The notes under the pieces are model-generated. The model searched no databases and was not told the origin of the DNA. It saw only the letters and a list, made by a program, of their open reading frames with translations. A DNA stretch of 64,000 nt from Bugula neritina (Eukaryota > Animalia > Bryozoa). The translations under genes were made by a program, and so were the position numbers. Numbering within the stretch: the first letter of the stretch is position 1; each line of letters opens with the position of its first letter. Positions 24,301-42,309 of this stretch are shown piece by piece. The stretch covers positions 27,899,504 to 27,963,503 of the forward strand of contig OZ037765.1 in NCBI GenBank assembly GCA_964035545.1, read 5' to 3'.

Positions 24301-25635
24301 GATGCTAGGGTTGATGAATTTAGGGTCATCTAACAATGCAAATCAGCCTCCTGTTCACATGATGGCACAACAATCTGCTATGAACACTCTGCCCAGAAGT
24401 CCATATAACGAAAATAGAATGGGTTCAATCCAGCCGCCTACACAGAACCACGGCTCATTTTCAGGTGAATTTTTATTTTTAATTTGATGTACGAAATAAA
24501 TTTTATCAACCTGCTTTCAAAGACCTGAACCCCTGCAGTTGTGTTGTAGACAATGTGAATGTATTGTTACAGGCCTGTCCGATTATAATAATACTGCAAG
24601 CTTCGGTACTCAAGAGATGAAAGACAGTTTAAAAGCCCTACTTCCCAATGCATCTATTAACTTTGCGGTAGGATTAACACCTCCTCCTATACAGCAAAGT
24701 CGGCTAAGAAACAACTACATGCCATCGTCACTCCCCATGGCCAACAACACATGTAAGAAAAAATTTTGTGAATAACTTTTGAAAAATGTATGTTTTGTTA
24801 ATAGTTTGTGTGAAAAGTCATCTACAAACTACAAACTCCACTGATTTTTTGGTTTAGCAATGTGGAATGGTGGTGGAGCTCAAGGGCAGATAATCCCTCC
24901 AGGAAATGTTAACAGTATTTCTGTGACAGATGATCAGTTTACGGATCCAGCAATAGTATCGGGCTGTCTGAGCTCTGAAACTAATAGCAATCTAGCCAGA
25001 TCACAACCACACTGGCTGAAGTCTATACAACAGCTTACTGAAATGGACCCTTCGCCAGTGAAATCTCCTTCAACACAGCCAATACATTCGATGTCTCACA
25101 TGCCATCAATATACAGACAGCCAGCTACACACAGTCGTATGCCTTTTGCACAAAATTTGTCACAACCAGGTATATGATAATTTCCTAGTTAATTACTATA
25201 AAATTTATTGCAATAAATTTTATCGCAAATTTCATTTTGTTATCAATGTATTTTTATCTTAGCACTTATAGTTCATGTAAATATACATCTAAAATCAATC
25301 AGTTATTTAGGATAGCACCCAACAAAGGATTTTTAAGAGAAAAAATTAATTTTTTACCGGTCACATTCTGCATCAGCACTTAATTGATTCCTCTTGCGGT
25401 TAAAAAATAGCATTACACCCTATGAATTTAAGATATACCCTGAGCAGGTCCTAGAGACATTTGTTTTGAATTACCAGCATACTTATAATAAAACCAGTTC
25501 GTCAACCATGATGTCTCTTTTATAGGTAATGGCAGCGGCTGGCCCACATTACAAGCCCATAACCCACCTCCAGGTTTCCCTTCAGCATTCAGATCAACCA
25601 CACAGAATCCACACATTGCAACACTAGAAAGTTAG
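18346..25635 (+). CDS. CNOT4: CCR4-NOT subunit 4 (NOT4 RING E3 ligase), about 890 aa, 14 coding exons
   Basis: Exons 18346-18369, 18453-18587, 18823-18869, 18964-19053, 20596-20743, 21551-21715, 21806-22029, 22284-22502, 22883-23232, 23346-23825, 24276-24464, 24573-24752, 24858-25169, 25526-25635 (2673 nt). C4C4 RING CPLCMEPLDIDDMNFYPCTCGYQICRFCWHRI, RRM RVVQKNLVFVVGL..YFGKYGKI, C3H finger GTTKYCSHFLKGTQCTKGDCMYLH, CAF40-binding motif DDDLGFDPF..KGLADML, plus LKALLPN, WLKSIQQLTE and PPPGF. Confidence 0.96.
20911..21214. repeat. 12-bp minisatellite (ACTGTAGTGTAT / GCAGTAGTTTAC variants), about 25 units, in CNOT4 intron 5
   Basis: Directly visible tandem array. It produces the spurious ORFs 20831-21223 and 20884-21243. 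Confidence 0.95.
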
Positions 25636-26134
25636 ACCCAAACATTGTTGATCGACCTGTGCTAATAGACAGCAGAAAGCTGCTTTATTTTACCTACTAA
25701 AAGCTAACATAAAAAACATTGAATAAAAGATATATCTATTATTATTTAAAACATTGTCATTATTTTAATTATTACTGTGCACTGTCAAGTATGTTAGCTT
25801 CGAGAATACTTTCTGTTGCAAATTAAAAGATATTGAAATGGTGGTTTCGATTTATTACATGGGAATATGTTGTGCTCTAATAATAATGACCATGTTGAAA
25901 TTCCATGTTCACAAAGTTATGGAACCAAATACATGTGTATTGTGAGATAAAATAATGTTCACAAAATATACTTACACACAAGCATGCACATATATATATG
26001 TAGATATAGAATTTAGTATGTCATGCTATACTGTACCCATAATGTACATTTACAGAAGGGTTTGCAGAAAAAATAGCAGATATGTACATTGAAATAACTA
26101 GAGATATGTCAAGAAAGTATATGTGTGAGACTCT

Positions 26135-29100
26135 TCACATAACCCAATTCAGTTGGTAAAACAACACCTTTTTTTCATTATGGCGTGAAACCATGAGAGT
26201 TTTCTTTTCTAAACACAAATCAAAGACATTAGAAACTGGCCGCTCTATAGGATCTGATATCTCTGCAAGGAGTTCTCCTGCAAACAAAACTGAAGAGAAT
26301 AAATAGTCATTACAGAATAATCTCTTCAATAAAGGTTCTACCATTAATGAACACAATTTACTATATATTATGCATATGGATTCACATATAATATCAAGTC
26401 ACAAATACTAATGATATAGATGAATATTATTATATAGCTTACCATTGCCTGAATCGAGTATCCATATTCTAGTTCTAGTGCTTCTGTTAGTAGCAAATAC
26501 GTGGCTGTTATTGCAAGTGATACCTTGTGGGTTTTTAACACACTTGGTTGTCCAGACGACTTTCCCGGTTGAAATGGATAATTTGAAGATCTGAGATGAT
26601 TGGTAATCAGATACTACAACAAAGTCCGAGCCTGCAGCACACAACGTTACGCAGTCCTCGCTCAGCAGATCGCATGGAATATTCTTGACCACATCACCTT
26701 TCAGTGTGTATACTACTAGGTGCTTTGTTGCTCGATCAGGTATGACTATCACGTTGTCAACGAATGTTAGTTTGTTGAATTTATTCGAACCATCGAGATG
26801 ATCCCAAGACACGACTGATCGACCAGTAAGAAGATAAACTCTGACAACAAAATTCTTAAGATTTTGTTCAAGCAAGTAAATCTTCCTGTTGAAAACTGTT
26901 GCATCATTGACTCTGTTGTGTGTAGTTTGAGCGACTTTACATTGCCAACTATCAAGGTTTATCCTTTCCACAGAATTATTCTCTAGACTGACATATGCAC
27001 TGCTGTGATAGTAAGAAATTGAGTTGCACTTCGAAGAAACTGGAATTTCGTTCAGTAGAGTCAAACATCTAGTGCGATGGTCAGCAGGACAAGGGGTAAT
27101 TTGCATGTCAGAAAAATCATTACTATGGGACTCCATTTTCAAATCTATGTCTCTGGGTGTTTCTGAAAACAAAAGTGGAGGGTTGTAAATATACATAGTT
27201 CCAAAAGCCCCGTTTACTAATTAATCTCGCTTGTTTTCAAGCAATGTGTCTATTTTTAAAAAAAAATTATTTATCTCAACTTTAAAAAAAGTTTTCAAAT
27301 TGAAGGGAAATTTCAAATTACAATACCAGTTTGCTTTATCTTACCTTTTTTCACTAAAACTACCACATTGTATGATGGTAGAGCAGGTGGGTCACCTTTA
27401 AGCAAGTCATTCATATCTTTGAATGCCTGAGAATATCCGTGAACAATGTCAACCTAGAAATTATTGCAATATAAAATTAGAAAAATAACTACATTAAAAA
27501 GTATAGTAATGCAGTGTTATAGCAGTACAATATCCAACTTAAGGGCAGTATAGAAATGTAAATTATGTAAAATCACTAATGCGGAGTTATCATCCAATCA
27601 CTCCTAAACCAGGATTCCTCTATGAAGTAGAAATAATGCTTTTATGGTGCAAGTTCAAAATTACAGGCTGAATTGTTTCTATTTAATTAATTTTCAAGCT
27701 TTTAAACAGTTAATAAGTTTTGTACACTAAGCCAGGCTAGTTTTACATATTTAGGCTAATGTTGCACGCCACAACTTCTTAACTAAGTGTTGTTTATTTC
27801 CTTTTATTTCACTTTTTAGCTTTTTGTAGCATAACATAATAAAATTGTCAAGTGTATTCTTTTTTCTGCAATTAAAGAAAAAAGCTTGATATAACAAGTT
27901 GAAAAATGCAACACAAGTTACTATAGCAAAAACATAAAATTAAATACTATAGAGACCTAATAGCTAATTTCTGTTAAATAGAAGTAACACACCTTGTGAC
28001 TATTTTGAAAGTCGAATTCAACTTTATGTTTGCAATCACTTAGTATCCTCAACTTTCTATCAACATCGTTTTTCATGAAATGTTCCATTTCTTTTTGAAT
28101 TTTATTTCTCAACTTCAAGAAATCCTCTTCTAAACTATTGTATTTTTTTAGAATGGAACTAATCTAAAAAAATTCAAATATTTATAAATATCAACAATTT
28201 GTCTGCTTTATATAATCAGTTTATAGTCACATTAGTATATGGTGTTTACAAATATAAAAAGCAATAAAAAACAGGTTTTCATCAAGAAGCTCAAAATCTA
28301 CTGATTTCAATCACTGTAGTTTTCTGTACACTATAGAAATATATTCTACAATATTATAACCTTTAAAACTAGAAGCAGTTTAATTTTTTTTGCAAAAAAA
28401 AAACATGTAAGCTTTTAGTCTAATAAATGCAGCATCGTGCAAAACAGTTAGAAAAATGAACAGTCCAACACCTGAAAAACAATGTACTCAAATAACTGGT
28501 TTCTCCTTGTATTTATGACATAATATAAAAACAAATTTTCTGCCAATTTCAAAAAGGCTATGTTCAATATGTGAATAATCTGTCACCATCATTAACTATG
28601 ATGCCATAGACTTTGGTTTGTGTGAACTGAACATTTTCTGTAATGAGAGGAATGGCAAGACTTAGTTTTTTAGATACATTTTCATTCTGAAAATATGGCT
28701 GTTTAAAAACAAGCCATTAATTTATGAAAAAGTTATCAAATGGAAAGCATATGCCAAATGTAGCTAAAAATTGTAGTAATTTCTCCTGTACCATGGAACA
28801 ACTAAATGCCAGACAAACCCACAAGTACCATCAACACTACCTGGTCATCACGTGTCTTATGTAATAATTCAACCATCATCTTAGTCTCGATGTTGAAATC
28901 AGAAATAGTTCTAGCTGTTTCTTTAAAAACAGTTGATAACACGTCCTCTTTGTTAACTATTAACGTCTTTAGTTCACTAATTTCTTGGTATAATTCGGGA
29001 ACCAAATCCTCCAAAGTTCTGAGTCTATGAGGTGCACCTACACGCAACAAAAAGTGAAACTAGGCCAAATTACACAAAACATAAAAAATTGGACTTGAAA

Positions 29101-31279
29101 GGAAAAGTAAAAACTTGGCAAAACTTGTTTTTACAGCATCGTTTAGCACCAATTAGATTATTATTGACTCATGACGTACAGTTTATGTTACATAAAGTTC
29201 ATGTACAATAATTTCACACACTTATATATACTCCAGGCTGAATTTAACACTAATTAAGTGAAGCTGACACAATAAATGTCAATATGCATATCTGCAGTCA
29301 TCTGCTAAAATAGCAGTGCTTCAGTTACAACTAACAATGTGAATTTTCTATAATATACAATATTGGTATTATAAAATGATGCTACTGACTAGTAGTAGTA
29401 GTGAAATTTGGGACAGCAAAATACATGACTCACTTGTGTACCGACTTAATAGAAGTATAGCACACATCTCACCCGTAGTTTTACAAAGTAGTTACATAAT
29501 GTTACAAACATGCTAAACTTAAAAAATTACACATTATATATGCATTTAGTGTGATACTTATTACTTGTGTTAGCCTGACCTGTCTATAGCCTAGACAGCA
29601 CACAATTCGACTGAAAAATCAAATTGACGATATCTTACCATCGGTACATAAACCAAGGTTTGACACACACTTGTTGCAGATTACAACATGACACACGCCA
29701 CACCCCATACTATACTCCAGATCCGAGTGCTCACTGCATGGTCTTGGTTCAAGTTTCCTTGCCTGCTGTTTGTACTCTTCTATGTCTATCTTCACATGAT
29801 CCCAGAAACAATCATCATGAGACTGGAATTTATATTAAAGTAGTGAGAGACTTCACCAATTTTAAATAAAACTAATAAACAAAGCCTGGTTGGCATTGAA
29901 AACCTTCATACGACTTGCTTTGGTGATTAAAAAGTAGGTAATAAACCACTGCTTATTAGATGATTGCCCAGAAGTTGTGATATAGAAACAGTAAATTGTT
30001 TGATAGAATAAATTCAAGTATCAAGTTTACAAATAGTGTATATCGAAGCATGACTAACATAAGTTAATAATAATTTCAACTTAACTATCATTGAGTTAAA
30101 ATTGAAACTAACAAGCAATAATCTTGACTGCCTTCATTTCACTGACTTTCTATACTTTCACCTTACCTGTAGGTGCTTCAAGCAGAACTTAGTGGAACAA
30201 GAAGTGCAGTAAGTAGTAGCTAGCTGATCATGTATATCCTTTCTCACACAAACATCACAAGCTGTGTCTGTTTGGTCGTGCAAGGACGGGCATTCTACTA
30301 TTATCCTGCAGTGTACAAAGCTAAGTGATATAATAGCATTTTATACCGCACACAACAATAATGAATACTCGAGAAATATTTACTCTTTGTTATACAATAT
30401 AATTATTGTATATGGCTGAGAGTATAGAATCTGCATTAGAATATTGTGTTGTGATGACAACTTTGACTTGGTGAAATCAATTTTAATAATTTATTTGTAT
30501 GTGGCATATAAATCCACTTACATTTCTTCTTCTTCGGCACTAGTTGCTTCAACTTTACAAAGTTTCACACAACTGGCTGCTAAAAAGTCAGAATAAACAC
30601 AAATACAACCAGGGAAAATATCAGCAAGCCAATAGAGGTTTGAGCCTTTGAACCACCAAGACTCCTAGTAGTATAGAGAAAGGCGTGCTTGAGAATGTAG
30701 GCTAAATAGTGAGTTTGCTATGAACTCTCTCCATATCCACTATGAGCATATATGTATGCGTAAAATTTCATTTTATATTAAAATAGTGCAAACTATGTAA
30801 GTAGCTTCATAATTTGACGGATAAAATTTTTTTTATAAAGTTTTGTTCAATTTACCTAGTAAAGGACACTTTTTAACTTTAATTTCAACTTCTATGGCCA
30901 AAATAAACTTTATATATACATTTATATAGTCAACCAAATATTTAAAGATTTAAAGAGATAAACATATGACTAAGTAAAACTGTGTATGCCACAAGTTAAT
31001 ATTTATCTAGCTATTTATTTGAAATTATCACTATTGTCTATACAAACATATAAAATTTATATCTTTTAAAATTAATAAATATGAAAATTTATTTTTTTAC
31101 ACAAATAGGTTGTGTTCTATTAGCAACAGTCGTTAGAATCAATAACTTCCACTAATAACGCTAAACTTGGAGAACTATTAAGAGTAAATATATAAACAGA
31201 AAATTAACATAAATTAAAAAGCACTATAGCAAGACACACTACCTCTGGAGAGTGTTTGTGCTGTACGTTTAGGTCCCAT
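26135..31279 (-). CDS. RING-less TRIM-like protein: B-box1, B-box2, coiled coil, NHL-like beta-propeller; about 585 aa, 9 coding exons
   Basis: Exons in transcription order: 31279-31243, 30579-30522, 30305-30167, 29822-29639, 29037-28841, 28163-27993, 27453-27345, 27162-26443, 26277-26135 (1758 nt, phases consistent). B-box1 CDVCVRK..YCTSCSTKFCLKHLQSHDDCFWDH; B-box2 CSEH..GCGVCHVVICNKC..PHRLRTL; heptad-like helical middle; C-terminal blades (IVIPDRATKHLVVY, VVVSDYQSSQIFKL, NPQGITC). The first two exons are less certain. Confidence 0.82.
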
Positions 31280-32144
31280 CGTACAACTTTGTACTGTATA
31301 GCCTCAACAAATTGAATGATACCAATAGTCGTTCGCCCTGTGAATAAGTAAAACACAGAAACTGAAATAGAAATTGTTCTTAGCAATGTCAGTGTACGAT
31401 CACAATTGTTAAAAATCTGGTGGCATAATAAAAAATTCACAATCACACAATAATTATTATTTAACATAGTAAGTCGATTAGTATTTTTAGCAACATTTTG
31501 TTCGTGTCCAGCTTTAGAATCATTAGCATTCCTATTAGCATTACAGTGATGGTCATCTAAAATATATAATACTAATAATATAAAGAGCGAATAAGACTGA
31601 GGTACACTTGCCTTGGGCTCTCACCGTCCCTCAAACTCATTATTAGTTTAAATATAATTTTTTTATTAATTACTCAATTATTATCAACAAGTTTAACTAA
31701 TTAGGTGATTAAGACTACATAGTCAATGTTATTTGATTGTCAGTATCACCCTAGCATGCACATGAGTGATATTCACTCATTGACAATCACAATCACTAAT
31801 GAGATCGCGGGTTGATTTCACTTAGACTTTGCCAACCATTCAATTCAATCAATTCATGACTATGATAACAATTTCATACATCAGTATACCTTCCCTTAGT
31901 TAAACTTAATCTCAATTTTAATAATAATAATAATAAAATTATTAGTATTACTAATAACAATTATAATAACTATTATTATAATAAAGAAATAATAGTATTT
32001 AAATTTAAACATAATCATTATCATTGTGATAATTATAATCATCATAATGAAAATTAATATGAATATGATAATGAGTTGATAATGAGTTAATTTAATAATT
32101 ATCATTATGATAATATTAATAATCATTAAATTCAATCCTTATCA

Positions 32145-32690
32145 TCACAGCATGCTCGTTCGCTCGCATATAAAATCTTCGGTTTACCACATTGGGAATA
32201 TACTTGTGCTGTCTGGGGCCCAGTTTGTAAAAGCAACATTGCCAGCTTGGAAAAAGCTCAGTTAGATGCTGTTCGCTTCATATGCGGCATATAATAACGG
32301 ACAGATTTTAATTTGGCTATGGAACAGCTTGGAATACCACCACTAGCATCCAGGCGTTGAAACAAACGCATCTCTTTGCTTTTTCAGATTTTAGCTGAAG
32401 AGAAATACCACCCAGCACTCACTGAATCGTATGAACAACTAGTTAAACAAACATTGTTAACAGTTGAAATTAGGTCTCAGGCTCTAGGAATGCCGCGCTC
32501 AATCAGTGGCAACCAAAATAAATATTACATTAGTTTTCTACCATGGACAATTACAAATTTGAACATTGGATCAACTACAGCAACCACAGCGTGGTCCCAT
32601 ATTGTACTCCTGCCACAGACTGAGACAGGCTAAGCAGGCCTGTTTTGCATCCACTGTACATTATTTCTAAAAATAAATGTATTTTTAATG
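32145..32690 (+). mobile_element. 5'-truncated, decayed CR1/Jockey-group LINE fragment (RT C-terminus plus probable 3' UTR)
   Basis: Translates as ARSLAYKIFGLPHWEYTCAVWGPVCKSNIASLEKAQLDAVRFICGI**..LGIPPLASRR*NKRISLLFQIL. This resembles the LAYKxLVRPxLEYxxxVWxP..LExVQ..L..RR region of CR1-type ORF2, with internal stops. Confidence 0.75.
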
Positions 32691-32700
32691 ACCACAGATA

Positions 32701-33166
32701 CATGGTTTCATCCCAGTTAGACGCTTCCCAGTTAGACGCTAATTTTTATTTTGGTACCATTATATATAGTAAAATTCCTATATAACTGTTGGATTGATTG
32801 CTAAATAGCTAATATGCTAATAGCTATAATATAGCTAATATAAATTACCTGGAATAATATTCCAATTTTCACGGATTAGTGTGGGACAAAAAACTAGTAA
32901 TACATTAATAATATACATTATCTTTAATGAATATTTATTAACAAATATTCTTCCAAGCAATAAGAAGTATAGAAAATGCAAAATTAATAAGTTTATGCCG
33001 ATCAAAGGAATTTATTTATGTGCTAAATAACAAGCAATTGATCCAAGTTTATTTAAATATACAAATATTTCAATAATATTCAAATAAATTGCATATAAAA
33101 TATATATTGTACCAAAATCATAAATAGCATCTAACTGGGAAGCATCTATCTGGGATGACACTCAGG
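32701..33166. mobile_element. MITE (about 466 bp) with ~60-bp imperfect TIRs and TA flanks, Tc1/mariner-like
   Basis: The left end ..TCATCCCAGTTAGACGCTTCCCAGTTAGACGCTA..TTTTGGTAC mirrors the right end GTACCAAAA..TAGCATCTAACTGGGAAGCATCTATCTGGGATGA. TA lies at 32699-32700 and 33167-33168. A second copy lies at ~59836-60236. Confidence 0.8.
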
Positions 33167-36008
33167 TACATACATGCAACCCATGGTTAAAAATGTGGCA
33201 CACTCCTTCTACTCAACAGGGTGGTTTACTGTAAAGAAAAACTCGAAAAGTATCGACAGGTAACTCATTATCATAAACTCAAATCATAATCATTATCATT
33301 ACTCTAAGTTCATGATTATTGATTATGATTATCATCATGATCAGCATAATCATAATGATTATGATAATTAATATCATTGACATTTTGATTATCAATTTCA
33401 ATATGAACATCATCATAATATAAATAATGATTATCATATTGATATTCTCATTCTGTATTAATATTAATATTTTAATTCATATTGATATTCATAATGATAA
33501 TCATATTGAATTTTAATTTAATATTTTAATTAACCATCATTTTCATTTTGACCGTCACTACGACATTCAAATTGACATTGTCATTGCGATTATCATTTTC
33601 ATGTAAGATCTATAATCATAATGATAACCATAGGCATAATAATTAGCCTAGTTTTAATATTAGGGTGATAAAAACACACAAAATCAAATTCAAAGTGCAA
33701 TCGAAATCTCTGCAGACTCCATCGCAATAACTTTTTGAGAATCGCCAGAAGCAGCACAAAGTGATGGAGTCTTTGAGTGCAGTGTTCATTTAGATTTTAG
33801 AGTTTAGACTTTAGACACTGTTGTCAGAACTTCAAGCCCAACGGCGAACTCGATAATATTTCGAACCAATGCGCTTAATGAAGACTAGAGTTGTGCTGCT
33901 TCAAGCCGTTTCCTACTTTCAATAATTCGTGCAACCTTGACACCAAGTTATAGTCAAGGACAAACTTTTTTAGAACGGTAACTGTTCAATAACTTACTTA
34001 GTAAATTTGGCTTCCTATTTGTTATTTTAGTTGTCTTTGCTAATTTAATAACAAAACTCAAAAGCTAAAGATGCAAAGAATTTATATCTGACGTTGCTAT
34101 GACCATTAAGTAAGTGATAACTAATCGATATGTTACACCTCTAGCTTACTAGTGTGAGTCTAAGTCTGAGTGTAATCTCAATCTGTAAGTGTAATGCTTC
34201 AAATTCGAAAACTCAGTCTCACAGTCACTACGTTTACTCTAACTCACTTTCAGTACTCACTACTGCTACAGCTACGCCTACTGCTAGTGCTACAGCTTCT
34301 ACTAACAGTAACTCTAAAGTCGAAGTACTAGTAGTTACTACTAGTACTAGGTCTTGTAGTTGTACTAATACTAGTACTTAGTAGTACTAGTACTTACACT
34401 AACAGTAACACTGTAAGTCTTACAGTAACAGTTACTCCTCATCTCACTCATACTCATGGTAATGCTCATAAAGTTTTCAATATCATACCCATTGAGTCAT
34501 AAGTCATAGACCATAGCGATGGTCATTATTTATTCATTATTATACGAGGTATGTTTAGTAACCGAAAAAAACAGAAATTGACACACAAAAAAACACTGTG
34601 TTGTAGTCTTAGATTCACGATAGTGTTTCAGTTTTAGACTTACAATGCTCGTTAGTTACTGTTGATGTTACTAGTATTAGTATGGGTATTTACCCTAACA
34701 AAATTCTTTTGCTGCTACTAGTATTACTAAATACTAATCAAGTTTAACAGAACTATTGTTTGTGTAAAACTATTACTGTACTATAGCTTCAATCTAGGCA
34801 TCGACCAATCATACATTTTATGTTCTACTTCTATAGCTGTTGATGTTGGGCATCTTAATATTAGCATTTAGTGAATTTGATCAGTTATTAAGTCAAGTAA
34901 GTTATGCGTCTTATAAATACTTTCTGATATTTGCTAGAATATTATTTCTTACCCATCTGCTAGGTTGCACCTTTGTATTGACTCTGGTCATTTACTATTT
35001 ATTGAATATTAAATGCAGCTCAAAATTAAGAAAATATTGGACTTTATATCACAGTCACCTCTTTTATTTAGTTTAATGCTTTTTGAGTGAAAGTTAATAG
35101 TCACTATTATCAATTCTATCATTGAGCACCAATTATTAGCCACTAGGTGAAAAATTTAAAGCCAACCTAATATTAACGTACTGAAGTTTTAGAAATTAAA
35201 TTATCTGAACATTAAACATATAATAATTATTTTTCTGTTTTTTTTTATTTTTACCTGAATATTTAGCTATAGTTTGTATAAAAGTGTGTAGAGTATCAGT
35301 ATTTTTAGCTGTATATAAAATGACCCAAATTTTGGTTGGGAACACTCTACAGGACAAAGTTTTAGTTTGATTATAATACTTATTAATAGTCAAACTTAAA
35401 ACATGCTCACGTTTTATAATTCTAATATCTACGTTTAAACATAGTAACTGTTTTTGTGATTCAAGAGTCTCCTTACAAATGGAAATGTGTTGGACAATAC
35501 TAAGCATTTTTTTCAGTTTTACATTAAATGCCCGAGGTGCTTAGAGGTGCAACTGCATTACTAGGTCATGTGTATAAGAGTTACTTGAAAGGATAAATTT
35601 CATTTGAAAACTACTCTACTCTACTCAGTTTGATAGATAATTGGTGGACTAGCTAAGAAAGAGCCCTTGTCATCACTAGTATCACACTAACCACTTTATG
35701 ACCTCTTTAGCTTCTATATCTCTCACTCAGCACATTGTGGAAATGTCCGTCATTAAGTCATTATTCTGTGATGATAGTGAATATTATGCATTTGAGAAAT
35801 GTGATGCATACATATTACTACAGCATTTAGCTTTTTCACTAGTACATGCTAGTATATCTTTTATTTAAGCTGTTCATTTTCATATCACATCAAGAGTGCC
35901 ATTATTTTGCGTTGGCTATAATTATTTAAATTTTTTTTTCAGCTAAATTGTCAAAAGTTGGTTAAAGATATAGGCTATTAGTTCTGCTGGATTTCTGAGT
36001 GTGAAAAT

Positions 36009-41548
<5,540 letters not shown>

Positions 41549-42309
41549 CTACTCATCTGTCAAGTGTTATGCTGCTTTCCTCTAACAAATTTTAATTGTA
41601 TTTTTATTTGTTTTCTACTGTATGATATCTTTCTTTTTGAAGAAAAAACAATTCTCTCATTTTTATATTAAGTCTATATAAAAAAATATACCAAGATTTT
41701 CTTAATTTGCTTGGGAGGTTTTCAAATTTATTAGGTCAACTCACTACCATTATTTGTCTCAATTTGTTGTATATTTTTGCAGTGTACTATCAAGTTCTCT
41801 TGTGTTTTTATTTCAACTCTCAGACATCTGCATTGTCTTTTTCTTTAGCCATTGATTTACTTTTATCACTTTCAGTTTTCTACATGGTGCTTTCATTTAA
41901 TTTCATTAGTAGTGTAGAGAACATTCTATAATGTGCATAAAATCTGATGAACTCGATTGAGATTTAGAAGTTTCCTGTAAAATGAACAGGCCGTCAAGTT
42001 TTCACACACTTTTGATGCATGCTCACTGCTATGGCTTTATATAACTTTACGTTTCAGAACTGTATGGAGAATCTCCTAATTTACGGTAGTATGTATGCTA
42101 CTACGCTACGCTTAACCTTTAAGTATGTTAAAATTGGCAGTGCTATTTTTATATAAATATGTGTTAGTAATATAGCAAAAGTAGGAAGAATAGAAAAGCT
42201 ACATAACAAAAAGTTTTTGGTTATAAAAGATTATATGTTTTGTCATGACTTGCTGTTTTTTTTTTCAATTTCTCAATATTCAACATTCAAATGCAGACTC
42301 TGTTAAACT

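Noticed and set aside
41944-41970. Hammerhead ribozyme (CTGATGA plus short hairpin)
   Set aside because: No GAAA core follows the stem and no stems I/III are evident.
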